36,431 bases of DNA from Dehalococcoidales bacterium (GTDB taxonomy: Bacteria > Chloroflexota > Dehalococcoidia > Dehalococcoidales > RBG-16-60-22): positions 1 to 36,431 of the forward strand of contig DAOVRI010000001.1 in assembly GCA_030628245.1 (NCBI GenBank). Reading direction: 5' to 3'. The notes under the pieces are model-generated. The model was not told where the DNA came from. It did no database searches and saw only the letters and a list, made by a program, of their open reading frames with translations. A program made the position numbers and the translations under genes. Below, in pieces: positions 8,861 through 16,906 of this stretch (its first letter is position 1; every line of letters starts with the position of its first letter).

Positions 8861-8889
8861 TTAACATTGTCCCCGGGTAACACTATAAT
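8861..8889 (+). promoter_or_regulatory. sigma70-like promoter candidate (TTAACA-17-TATAAT) for the core operon
   Basis: TTAACA at 8861-8866, a 17-nt spacer, and TATAAT at 8884-8889, in the AT-rich 136-nt gap upstream of the FAD/Fe-S/FAD trio. Confidence 0.4.
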
Positions 8890-8935
8890 TACCTGAGAAT
8901 CTTTTATCCGGTAAAAACTGAGGAGGTAGGAAATA

Positions 8936-10396
8936 GTGCAGATAAAACAAGCTTTAACCAAGATAGTCGGCGCGGAAAATGTCTCCGATGACCCCGAAGC
9001 GCTTCTATCTTATTCCAAGGACTGTAGTCTCAGTACTCCTCGCGCCCCCAATTATGTAGCCAGGCCGAAGAATACAGATGAGGTACAGAAGGTCGTCAAG
9101 CTGGCCAACGAAAGCAGGATACCCGTTGTGCCCTGCAGCTCCGGCATCCACTTTTACGGAAACACGATTCCGAATCTGGGCGGGATAATGCTGGATTTAG
9201 GGCGGATGAACAGGATTCTGGAGTTTGACCTGTACAACAAAATGGTAAGAGTGGAGCCCGGTGTCACCTGGGGGCAACTGCAATCTGAAGCACCCAAGCA
9301 CAAGATGATGGGACTCGGCCCGCTACTGCCCCATCCATTGAAGTCGGTACTGACCAGCCACCTGGAGAGAGAGCCCATGTTGATACCGAAATTCGAGTAT
9401 GCCGGCAGTATGGTAACCATAGAAGCGGTTCTGCCCGACGGTGAGGTGTTCCGAACCGGCTCCGCCTGTGTGCCCGGTTTTCCTGATAAGAGCCTGGCCG
9501 AAGGCGTTAATCCCGGAGGCCCGGGGTACTTATCCTATAACTGGCTTCTGCAGGGCGCCCAGGGCACCATGGGGGTGGTAACCTGGGCCAAGGTCAAGCT
9601 GGCACCCAGGCCTAAAATAGACAAGACTTTTTTTATTCCCTTTGAACAGCTCGAGGATGCTGCCCAGCTGGTTTACAATGTGCAGCGGCGCATGATAGGT
9701 GAAGAGTGCCTCATATTAAACAGCGTAAACCTGGCAGCTATCCTGACCAAAAAATGGCCTCAGGATTATGATAATCTCAGGAGAATATTAGCACCCTGGA
9801 CCGTTATCCTGGTCTCCGGCGGAGGCTGGAGACGCCCCGAGGAGAGAATAGAATACGAGGAGGACGGGCTACGCGAGGCAGCCAACGAGCTACATATTCC
9901 GGAACTGCCGACGTCCCTGCCCAGCTTACCGGGCATCGAAAGAGACCTGCCGGGAATGCTTCGTAACGCCTGGCCCGAGAAGAAGACCTACTGGAAGTTC
10001 GCCAGCCAGGGTGCCTGCCAGGATGTTTTCTTCTACACCACGCTGAACAGGGCGTCCGAATTCGTCTCGGTTATGAGCCAGGTAGCCGCCGAGAATGGCT
10101 ACTGCATCGATGATATAGGCTTCTACGTACAACCCATGGAGTACGGACGTTCCTGTCATTTCGAATGCAACTTTCCCTACAACCCGGGTAATCCCGATGA
10201 CGTGGCGATGATTTACAACCTGCATGCTGAGGCTGCCGAGGCCGCGATAGATATGGGCGGCTACTTTTCCAGGCCGTACGGCGTGGTAGCGGATATGGTT
10301 TACGATAGAGCCGCAAGCTATACAACGGCCTTGAAAAAGGTCAAACAACTGTTCGACCCCAATAATATCATGTCGCCCGGCAGGCTATGCTTCTAG
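8936..10396 (+). CDS. FAD-linked oxidase (GlcD / D-lactate-dehydrogenase-like), subunit 1 of trio 1
   Basis: 486 aa with a GTG start after GAGGAGG. FAD_binding_4-type N-terminal half (IVGAENVSDDPE...) and a C-terminal FDPNNIMSPGRLCF tail typical of FAD-linked oxidases. Confidence 0.85.
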   Translation: MQIKQALTKIVGAENVSDDPEALLSYSKDCSLSTPRAPNYVARPKNTDEVQKVVKLANESRIPVVPCSSGIHFYGNTIPNLGGIMLDLGRMNRILEFDLYNKMVRVEPGVTWGQLQSEAPKHKMMGLGPLLPHPLKSVLTSHLEREPMLIPKFEYAGSMVTIEAVLPDGEVFRTGSACVPGFPDKSLAEGVNPGGPGYLSYNWLLQGAQGTMGVVTWAKVKLAPRPKIDKTFFIPFEQLEDAAQLVYNVQRRMIGEECLILNSVNLAAILTKKWPQDYDNLRRILAPWTVILVSGGGWRRPEERIEYEEDGLREAANELHIPELPTSLPSLPGIERDLPGMLRNAWPEKKTYWKFASQGACQDVFFYTTLNRASEFVSVMSQVAAENGYCIDDIGFYVQPMEYGRSCHFECNFPYNPGNPDDVAMIYNLHAEAAEAAIDMGGYFSRPYGVVADMVYDRAASYTTALKKVKQLFDPNNIMSPGRLCF

Positions 10397-10426
10397 TCCA
10401 AATTAGATAAGGTGAGTAGGTGAAAA

Positions 10427-11689
10427 ATGTTGAAAGTTGAAGAATATAAACATCAAGCCGAAACATGTGTGAGGTGCAGCTACTGCAAGTTTGTCGACCT
10501 CAACTGGGTTAAAAGCTCCCGGTTTTCCCGGCAGTGCCCGATAGACACGAGGTACCGATTCAATCTATATTCGGCGCATGGTTTACTGCACTCAGCCCTA
10601 GCTGAGCTGTCCGGCAAGCTGGAGTTCACCCCGAAACTCATGGATGCTTTGTGGCATTGCACCCTCTGCGGCGGTTGTGACACGAAGTGCAAACGAAACC
10701 TGGATGTCGAGGTGCTGCAGGTAATCGAGACGCTGAGATGCCGGTGCGTGGAACAGGGCAAGGGCCCCTTACCCGAGCATAAGATGCTGGCGGATAACGT
10801 TAAGTCCAGTCACAACATCTACGGCGCCGACCCCAAGGAGCGCCTGAACTGGCTGCCGCCGGACATCAAGCCGGCCAAGAAAGCTGACATCCTTTATTTC
10901 GTCGGTGACCCCATGTCTTACCGGTGGCCGGAACTTGCCCAAGCTACCGCTAAGATTTTGGGAAAAGCCGGAGCCAAATTCATGGTTCTGGAGGATGAAT
11001 GGAGCAGCGGCCATGAGCTGTTTGCCACCGGCCAGCTGGCACCGGCGAAGGAGATGGCCGACCACAACACAAAGGCTATCAAGGACTCAGGCGCCAAGAC
11101 GGTGATAACCAGTGACGCCGAATGCTACAAGACACTCAAGGTGGACTATCCCAAGATAATGGAAAAGTCCACCGAAGATATGCCTTATACCGTCCTGCAC
11201 ATAACGGAGTATATCGACCAGTTGATGCAGGACGGCAAATTCAAATTCAACCGGCGCGTTCCCATGAAGGTAACCTACCATGACCCGTGTAACCTGGGCA
11301 GGCTTGCCGAGCCGTGGTACCACTGGGAACCAAAATATGAGCCGCCCAACATTGCCGTGGGTAAGACATGGCGACGCGGGGAAAAAGGCGTTTATGAGCC
11401 GCCGAGGAATATCCTTAAAGGAATCCGGGGGCTGGAGCTTATCGAAATGGAAAGAATCTGGGATAATGCCTGGTGCTGCGGTTACGGCGGTGGCGTCGGG
11501 ACAGCCTTCCCGGACTTTGCCCTGTGGACAGCCGGCGAAAGAATCGAGGAGGCCATAACAACCGGCGCCGAGGCCATAGTAAGCAGCTGCCCCCACTGTA
11601 AAGACATCCTCGGCAGAGCCGCTGATGCTAATAACACCGGTATCAAGGTTTATGACATTACCGAAGTAATGCTTCGGGCAATCAGGTAG
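10427..11689 (+). CDS. (Fe-S)-binding protein, GlcF/HdrD-like, with two ferredoxin-type Cys motifs and two CCG domains (the first degenerate)
   Basis: 420 aa. CVRCSYC...CP and CTLCGGCDTKC motifs. The C-terminal CCG domain is intact (YHDPCNLGR, WCCGYGGG, SSCPHC). The N-terminal CCG domain reads GD / SSG / TSDAEC. Confidence 0.85.
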   Translation: MLKVEEYKHQAETCVRCSYCKFVDLNWVKSSRFSRQCPIDTRYRFNLYSAHGLLHSALAELSGKLEFTPKLMDALWHCTLCGGCDTKCKRNLDVEVLQVIETLRCRCVEQGKGPLPEHKMLADNVKSSHNIYGADPKERLNWLPPDIKPAKKADILYFVGDPMSYRWPELAQATAKILGKAGAKFMVLEDEWSSGHELFATGQLAPAKEMADHNTKAIKDSGAKTVITSDAECYKTLKVDYPKIMEKSTEDMPYTVLHITEYIDQLMQDGKFKFNRRVPMKVTYHDPCNLGRLAEPWYHWEPKYEPPNIAVGKTWRRGEKGVYEPPRNILKGIRGLELIEMERIWDNAWCCGYGGGVGTAFPDFALWTAGERIEEAITTGAEAIVSSCPHCKDILGRAADANNTGIKVYDITEVMLRAIR

Positions 11690-11710
11690 AAAAAGTTAAA
11701 GGAGATAGCG

Positions 11711-13189
11711 ATGAGCATACCTAGAGAAGCTTATCAGACACTGCAATCTATTGTCGGACCCGAATGGGTTAGCGACGACCCGGCAATCTGTGAGGCCGAC
11801 CGCTATTGCAGTCTGTCCAGTCCTTCTGATGAACAACGCAGACCCGGGTGCAGCATCGAACCGGCCAGCACCGAGGAGGTGCAGGCAATCGTCAAGGTAG
11901 CCAACAGGTACAAGATACCCTACGTCTGCACCAGCACTTTCTACAGCGCCGGTACTTATGCCAGAAAGGACGACTCCATCCTCATCGACCTGAAGAGGAT
12001 GAACGAGATTGAGATAGATGAGAAGAACCTGTACGCTATCGTCGGGCCGGGGGTAGCCTTCTCGGCACTTCAGGCCGACCTGCTCAAGAGGGGTCTCATC
12101 ACCTTTGTCCCGGGGTGCGGCGGCAACTCTTCGGTGCTAGCCAATACCGTTAATATGGGTGATGCCCCTATCGGGTGGAGATACGGCCTTGGTTACCAGC
12201 GGTTATTGGGCGTCGAGTGGGTGCTCCCCGATGGTGAGATGCTGAAGATGGGTTCTCTATCGATGTCAGATGATTACTTCTGGGGCGAAGGACCCGGCCC
12301 CGACCTTCGCGGTCTTTTGAGGGGATGCGCCGGGCATCAGTCGAGACTCGGGATTGTCACCAAGATAGGGGTAAAGATATTCCCCTTCGTCTCCGAGGAG
12401 CTTGAGCCGATGGGCTGGGCATTCCATTCGTTCATGAAGCTACCGCCGAACAGGTTTAAGTGGTATAATATCAGGTTCTATTCCCGGGAAGATGCCATCA
12501 ATGCCATGTTTGAAATCGGCAGGTCTGAGATAGGTCTGGTGGTGATGACGGTGCCACCGATATTCCGGAGTGTTGCCAGGACCAGGGGAGTTGGCTGCGG
12601 CGGCTTCTGGGAAGCCTGGAAAGAAAACGGCCCTAAAATTAAGCCGAACCAGGAAGACCTCCGCGTACTGCTGTACGGTATCGGCTCCGACAAGCGCCTG
12701 GAATACGAGGAGAAGGTTTTACTGGACATAGTCAAGGATTTCGGCGGTTCCCCACGTGAAGCTCCCTGTCGCGATGAAACGAATTTCATGGCTGCCGATG
12801 CCATCTGCGCCAACGTTGTCGGGGGCAGGTTCTCTTCCGAGGTATCCTACGAATCCATCAACCAGGCCGTCAGGTACAGCCGGGTTGTTAATGAGATAAC
12901 GGAAAAGTACAAACCTCGGATACTGGAGGACTACGGCACCACGAACTGGGTCTGCCCCTACGAACTGGGCTACATCGCCAAGATGGAATGCCTCCGCATG
13001 TCTTCTGTGGAAAACAGGGATGCACTGGACAAGTGGCACGACGACGTCCACAAGTTTTGTGCTACGGGAGGTGGTTCTACTATATTCCCCGAAGATGAAA
13101 TATTCGGGCCCGTCTGGGGTAACTACCCTGAAAAGGAAGCTAAAATCAGGGCACTCTTCGACCCGAACCATGTTTCCGCCCCTCAATAG
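11711..13189 (+). CDS. FAD-linked oxidase family protein (GlcE-like position, long form), subunit 3 of trio 1
   Basis: 492 aa. N-terminus YQTLQSIVGPEWVSDDP, LLGVEWVLPDGEMLKMGS, and C-terminus IRALFDPNHVS. SD AAAGGAG upstream. Confidence 0.8.
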   Translation: MSIPREAYQTLQSIVGPEWVSDDPAICEADRYCSLSSPSDEQRRPGCSIEPASTEEVQAIVKVANRYKIPYVCTSTFYSAGTYARKDDSILIDLKRMNEIEIDEKNLYAIVGPGVAFSALQADLLKRGLITFVPGCGGNSSVLANTVNMGDAPIGWRYGLGYQRLLGVEWVLPDGEMLKMGSLSMSDDYFWGEGPGPDLRGLLRGCAGHQSRLGIVTKIGVKIFPFVSEELEPMGWAFHSFMKLPPNRFKWYNIRFYSREDAINAMFEIGRSEIGLVVMTVPPIFRSVARTRGVGCGGFWEAWKENGPKIKPNQEDLRVLLYGIGSDKRLEYEEKVLLDIVKDFGGSPREAPCRDETNFMAADAICANVVGGRFSSEVSYESINQAVRYSRVVNEITEKYKPRILEDYGTTNWVCPYELGYIAKMECLRMSSVENRDALDKWHDDVHKFCATGGGSTIFPEDEIFGPVWGNYPEKEAKIRALFDPNHVSAPQ

Positions 13190-13217
13190 GTAGCAACCCT
13201 TTGGGAAGGAGGATGAT

Positions 13218-14684
13218 ATGTTAAAGACAGCACGCGAGTATACCGAAAGCCTGCGCCATCTGAAACTGAATCTTTACCTGCTTGGCGAAAAGGTCGAGGA
13301 CTGGGTTGATAACCCCATCATCAAGCCGTCAACCAATGCGGTGGCCATGACCTATAAGCTCGCCCACGAACCCGAAATCGAATCCCTGGCCGTCACGGAG
13401 TCCATGCTCACGGGGAAGAAGGTCAACAGGTTCATCTCCCTCTTCAAGAGCCCCGATGATATGGTCAGAAAAATTAAACTGCAGAGAGAGCTGGGACAGA
13501 GAACAGCCTGCTGCTTCCAGAGGTGTGTCGGCATGGACGGCATCAATGCCACCTTCAGTACCACTTATGAAATTGACGAAAAGCACGGCACCGATTACCA
13601 TCAGAAGTTCCGGAAATGGCTGGAATATATCCAGGAGAATGACCTGACTGTCGCCGGGGCCATGACCGATGTCAAGGGACACCGCGGCGTGGCGCCGAGC
13701 CAGCAGAAAGACCCGGATATGTTCGTCCATATCTCCGAACGCCGGGATGACGGTATAATCATAAGGGGGGCCAAGGCCAACATCACCGGAACGGTGAACT
13801 CCCACGAAATGCTGCTCATGCCCACCCTCAGGATGCGCGAGGATGACAAAGACTACGCCGTCTGCTGCGCCGTACCCACCGATGCTCAAGGAATAACCCA
13901 TATCTACGGCAGACAGTCCTGCGATACACGCAAGTTCGAGGAGGGGGACATCGATGTCGGCAACTACGGCTTCGGCGGCCAAGAGACCCTGAGTATCTTT
14001 GATGACGTATTCGTCCCCTGGGACCGTGTCTTCATGAGCGGGGAATATGATTTCGCCATCATGCTGGTAGAGCGGTTCGCCGCTTATCACCGGCAGAGCT
14101 ACGGCGGCTGTAAACCCGGCATTGCTGACGTCCTCATCGGCGCCGCCGCCGCCATGGCCGATTACAACGGCGTACGCCGGGCCGCCCATATCAGGGAGAA
14201 AATCGGGGAGATGATTCACCTTTCCGAGACAATACACGCCTGCGGCCTGGCCAGCGCCTACCAGGGCTGGAAAACCAGGGCGGGCAACTACCAGGCTCAT
14301 ATACTTCTGGCTAACGTCTGCAAGCACAACACGACCAGATTTCCCTACGAAATTACCCGACTGGCTGAGGATATAGCCGGCGGTATCCTGGTCACCACCC
14401 CCTCCGAGAAAGACTTCAGACACCCGGTAATAGGTAAAATCATTGATAAATACCTGAAAGGCGACCCCGCCTATTCCACCGAGGAACGCTACCGCATGCT
14501 ATCGCTCATCCATGCCATGTGCTTCGGCGTGGTTGCCCCCAGCTATCACACCGAGTCCATGCACGGCGCCGGTTCACCGCAGGCGCAGAAGATAATGATT
14601 GAGCGCGAGACCGACATGGATGCCAAGCAACGCTTTGCCCGCAGTATCGCGGGCATTGATAAACGAGAAAACCCACTGGATTAA
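13218..14684 (+). CDS. abfD: 4-hydroxybutyryl-CoA dehydratase / vinylacetyl-CoA isomerase
   Basis: 488 aa. By my recollection it is collinear with C. aminobutyricum AbfD along the whole length (QRCVGMD, FGGQE, YHRQSYGGCK, ESMHGAGSPQAQ). Cys99, Cys103, His291 and Cys298 sit at the [4Fe-4S] ligand positions. Confidence 0.85.
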   Translation: MLKTAREYTESLRHLKLNLYLLGEKVEDWVDNPIIKPSTNAVAMTYKLAHEPEIESLAVTESMLTGKKVNRFISLFKSPDDMVRKIKLQRELGQRTACCFQRCVGMDGINATFSTTYEIDEKHGTDYHQKFRKWLEYIQENDLTVAGAMTDVKGHRGVAPSQQKDPDMFVHISERRDDGIIIRGAKANITGTVNSHEMLLMPTLRMREDDKDYAVCCAVPTDAQGITHIYGRQSCDTRKFEEGDIDVGNYGFGGQETLSIFDDVFVPWDRVFMSGEYDFAIMLVERFAAYHRQSYGGCKPGIADVLIGAAAAMADYNGVRRAAHIREKIGEMIHLSETIHACGLASAYQGWKTRAGNYQAHILLANVCKHNTTRFPYEITRLAEDIAGGILVTTPSEKDFRHPVIGKIIDKYLKGDPAYSTEERYRMLSLIHAMCFGVVAPSYHTESMHGAGSPQAQKIMIERETDMDAKQRFARSIAGIDKRENPLD

Positions 14685-14706
14685 ACCCGGGAAAAGAGGC
14701 GACAAT

Positions 14707-15897
14707 ATGTCTTACTTTCTGAGTCCGAAAAAAATCCTGTTCGGTAAAAATATGCTGAGGAGGTTGGGAGCCGAGCTTGAAGGCCGCGGCAATAAAGCCG
14801 CACTGATTACCGATAAAAACATGGTTAAGCTCAGCGGAGAACTTGTTGAAACGGTTAAGGGCGCCGGGTACGAAGTTAAAATCTGGGACGGAGCGGAGCC
14901 GGAGCCTTCGACGGCAGGTGCTATCGAGGCCAGCAAAATGCTTAAAGAGTTCCAACCCCAGCTGGTCATCGGCTTCGGCGGAGGCTCGGTCCTGGACACG
15001 GCCAAGGCAGCCTGGGTGCTCTATGAGAACCAGGAAATCGCTCCCGACGAGATTACCTCCGTTAACGTAAAGACCAAGCTGAATCCGCAGAAGAAAGCCA
15101 GGTTCATGACTGTCCCTACCACCAGCGGCACCGGCTCGGATGTCACCTGGGCCATCGTGCTCGCGGAGGCCGCCGAACACCGCAAGGTTGGCTTCGCCAA
15201 CACGGAAATAGTGCCCGATATTACGCTGCTGGTTCCCGAGTTTACGTCCGGCATGCCCAGGGCATTGACGGCCAGCACCGGCCTTGACGTTCTGGGCCAC
15301 GCCCTCGACGGGTATACCGCCCGGCAGCAGACAGATTTCAGTGACGGACTCTGCCTGCAGGCCATGAAGCTGGCCTTTGAGTGGCTTCCCAGGGCATGCG
15401 CCGATGGAGCCGACCTCGTGGCCAGGGAGAAAATGCAGAATGCCGCCACCATCGCCGGACTGGGATTCGGCAACAGCAATACGTCACTCTGTCACGCCCT
15501 GGCGCATACCCTCGGGGCTACCTTCAGCATACCTCACGGGCGCTCCGTAGGCATAACATTACCTTATTCGCTGGAATATATCGCCTCGAATCCTGCCATT
15601 GAAGGCGCCCCCGACCCCGTGGAGAGGCTCAGCACCGCCGCCAGGTTTGTCGGGATTAAAGCTGAGTCGGACCAGGAAGCCATCAAAAAGCTGATTCAGA
15701 AGCTAAGAGACCTGGCGAAGGAAACGGGTGAGCCTCTGAGCCTGAAGGAAGCCGGCATCACGGAGCAGCAGATGAACGATAAGCTGGATACCCTGATGGC
15801 TCTCGTCAGCAAGGATGTCAACATGTTCTCCAGTCCCTGCGAATGCAAGGACGAAAAGCTCCGCCAGCTTTTCCAGGACATCTGGGCCGGCAGGTAA
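14707..15897 (+). CDS. iron-containing (group III) alcohol dehydrogenase, possibly 4-hydroxybutyrate dehydrogenase-like
   Basis: I moved the start to the ATG at 14707 (MSYFLSPKKILFG), which has an AAGAGG SD. The longer ORF from 14599 would overlap abfD. Motifs GFGGGSVLDTAKA and CHALAHTLG support the family call. Confidence 0.85.
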   Translation: MSYFLSPKKILFGKNMLRRLGAELEGRGNKAALITDKNMVKLSGELVETVKGAGYEVKIWDGAEPEPSTAGAIEASKMLKEFQPQLVIGFGGGSVLDTAKAAWVLYENQEIAPDEITSVNVKTKLNPQKKARFMTVPTTSGTGSDVTWAIVLAEAAEHRKVGFANTEIVPDITLLVPEFTSGMPRALTASTGLDVLGHALDGYTARQQTDFSDGLCLQAMKLAFEWLPRACADGADLVAREKMQNAATIAGLGFGNSNTSLCHALAHTLGATFSIPHGRSVGITLPYSLEYIASNPAIEGAPDPVERLSTAARFVGIKAESDQEAIKKLIQKLRDLAKETGEPLSLKEAGITEQQMNDKLDTLMALVSKDVNMFSSPCECKDEKLRQLFQDIWAGR

Positions 15898-15936
15898 CAG
15901 CCTGCACACGGAAAATTGAACAAACGAGGTACTGAT

Positions 15937-16797
15937 ATGCCGGTTTGCCAGTTTGGTGGCATCAACATAAATTATAAAGTATTTGGAGAGGGGTTCCCCC
16001 TGGTCTTAATCCATCCGTTCTCAGCCAGCCTGGAGTTTTGGGCACCGCAAATTGAAAAACTGTCACCCAAATACCAGATTATCGCCTATGACGTCCGCGG
16101 CCACGGCTTGTCCTCGGCGCCGGCCGGTGAGGAGAACTACACCCTGGATATCCTCGTGGAAGACCTGCATCACCTGCTCGAACACCTGGGGGTGGCCAAA
16201 GCCTATATCGGCGGCCTTTCTCTCGGCGGCGCCATATCGCTGGGTTACGCCGGCCGCCACCCCGATACGGTAAAAGCCCTGCTTATCTGCGATATTCACG
16301 GCGGCTTCCAGCCGCCTTCCGACCCCGCTATACAGGCCGCCATGGACGAGGGGCGGGAAAAGGGTGAAAGGTATGCCCGGGAGAGAGGCATGGCCGATTT
16401 CGCCCGGCGCCAGATTGCCACCGGAACCGCTTTCCCTCCCGTCCCGAAGGACGAAGCCCTTCAGGAGCAGCATGTCGAGAGAATGGCCAGATTCCCGGTT
16501 AATGGATATATCGGCGTAGGCCGGGCCAGGCCCTGGGAGGCTGAATGGCAGCGCCAGGCTGCCGATAATATTAATGTGCCCACCCTGATAACCGTCGGCA
16601 GTGACGACCTGCCCATGGTAGTATCGGGTACGAGAATATTGCACGAGCATATCAAGGGCTCACGCTACGTGGTAATAAAAGGCTCAGTTCATGAAACAGC
16701 GCGGTGGCGCCCCGATTTGTTTACCCAGGCTGTTATTGAGTTTCTCGAGGCGGTAGAGGCGGGCAAACCGGTAGCGGGAGAAATAACCGTAGGCTAA
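15937..16797 (+). CDS. alpha/beta-fold hydrolase (enol-lactonase / C-C hydrolase-like)
   Basis: Nucleophile elbow GGLSLGG, a PLVLIHPF oxyanion region, and a C-terminal GSVHE His motif. The ATG at 15937 has a GAGG 7 nt upstream. An alternative TTG at 15916 lacks an SD. Confidence 0.75.
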   Translation: MPVCQFGGININYKVFGEGFPLVLIHPFSASLEFWAPQIEKLSPKYQIIAYDVRGHGLSSAPAGEENYTLDILVEDLHHLLEHLGVAKAYIGGLSLGGAISLGYAGRHPDTVKALLICDIHGGFQPPSDPAIQAAMDEGREKGERYARERGMADFARRQIATGTAFPPVPKDEALQEQHVERMARFPVNGYIGVGRARPWEAEWQRQAADNINVPTLITVGSDDLPMVVSGTRILHEHIKGSRYVVIKGSVHETARWRPDLFTQAVIEFLEAVEAGKPVAGEITVG

Positions 16798-16906
16798 GGG
16801 GCTGGCAGTCGTCAGCTTAAGAGTTTGGACTTACCGATTAGATATCGGTGCAAACAGGCGCCCGGTTATGATAATATAAAGCAAATTTGAAACCTGTGGA
16901 GGCAAA

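Noticed and set aside
13329-14423. 364-aa ORF on the minus strand
   Set aside because: It is antisense to abfD, whose full-length similarity to AbfD and conserved Fe-S ligands identify the plus strand as coding.
14599-14706. N-terminal extension of the alcohol dehydrogenase ORF
   Set aside because: It would overlap the abfD 3' end by 86 nt and adds a non-ADH-like peptide. The ATG at 14707 has an SD and gives the usual Fe-ADH N-terminus.
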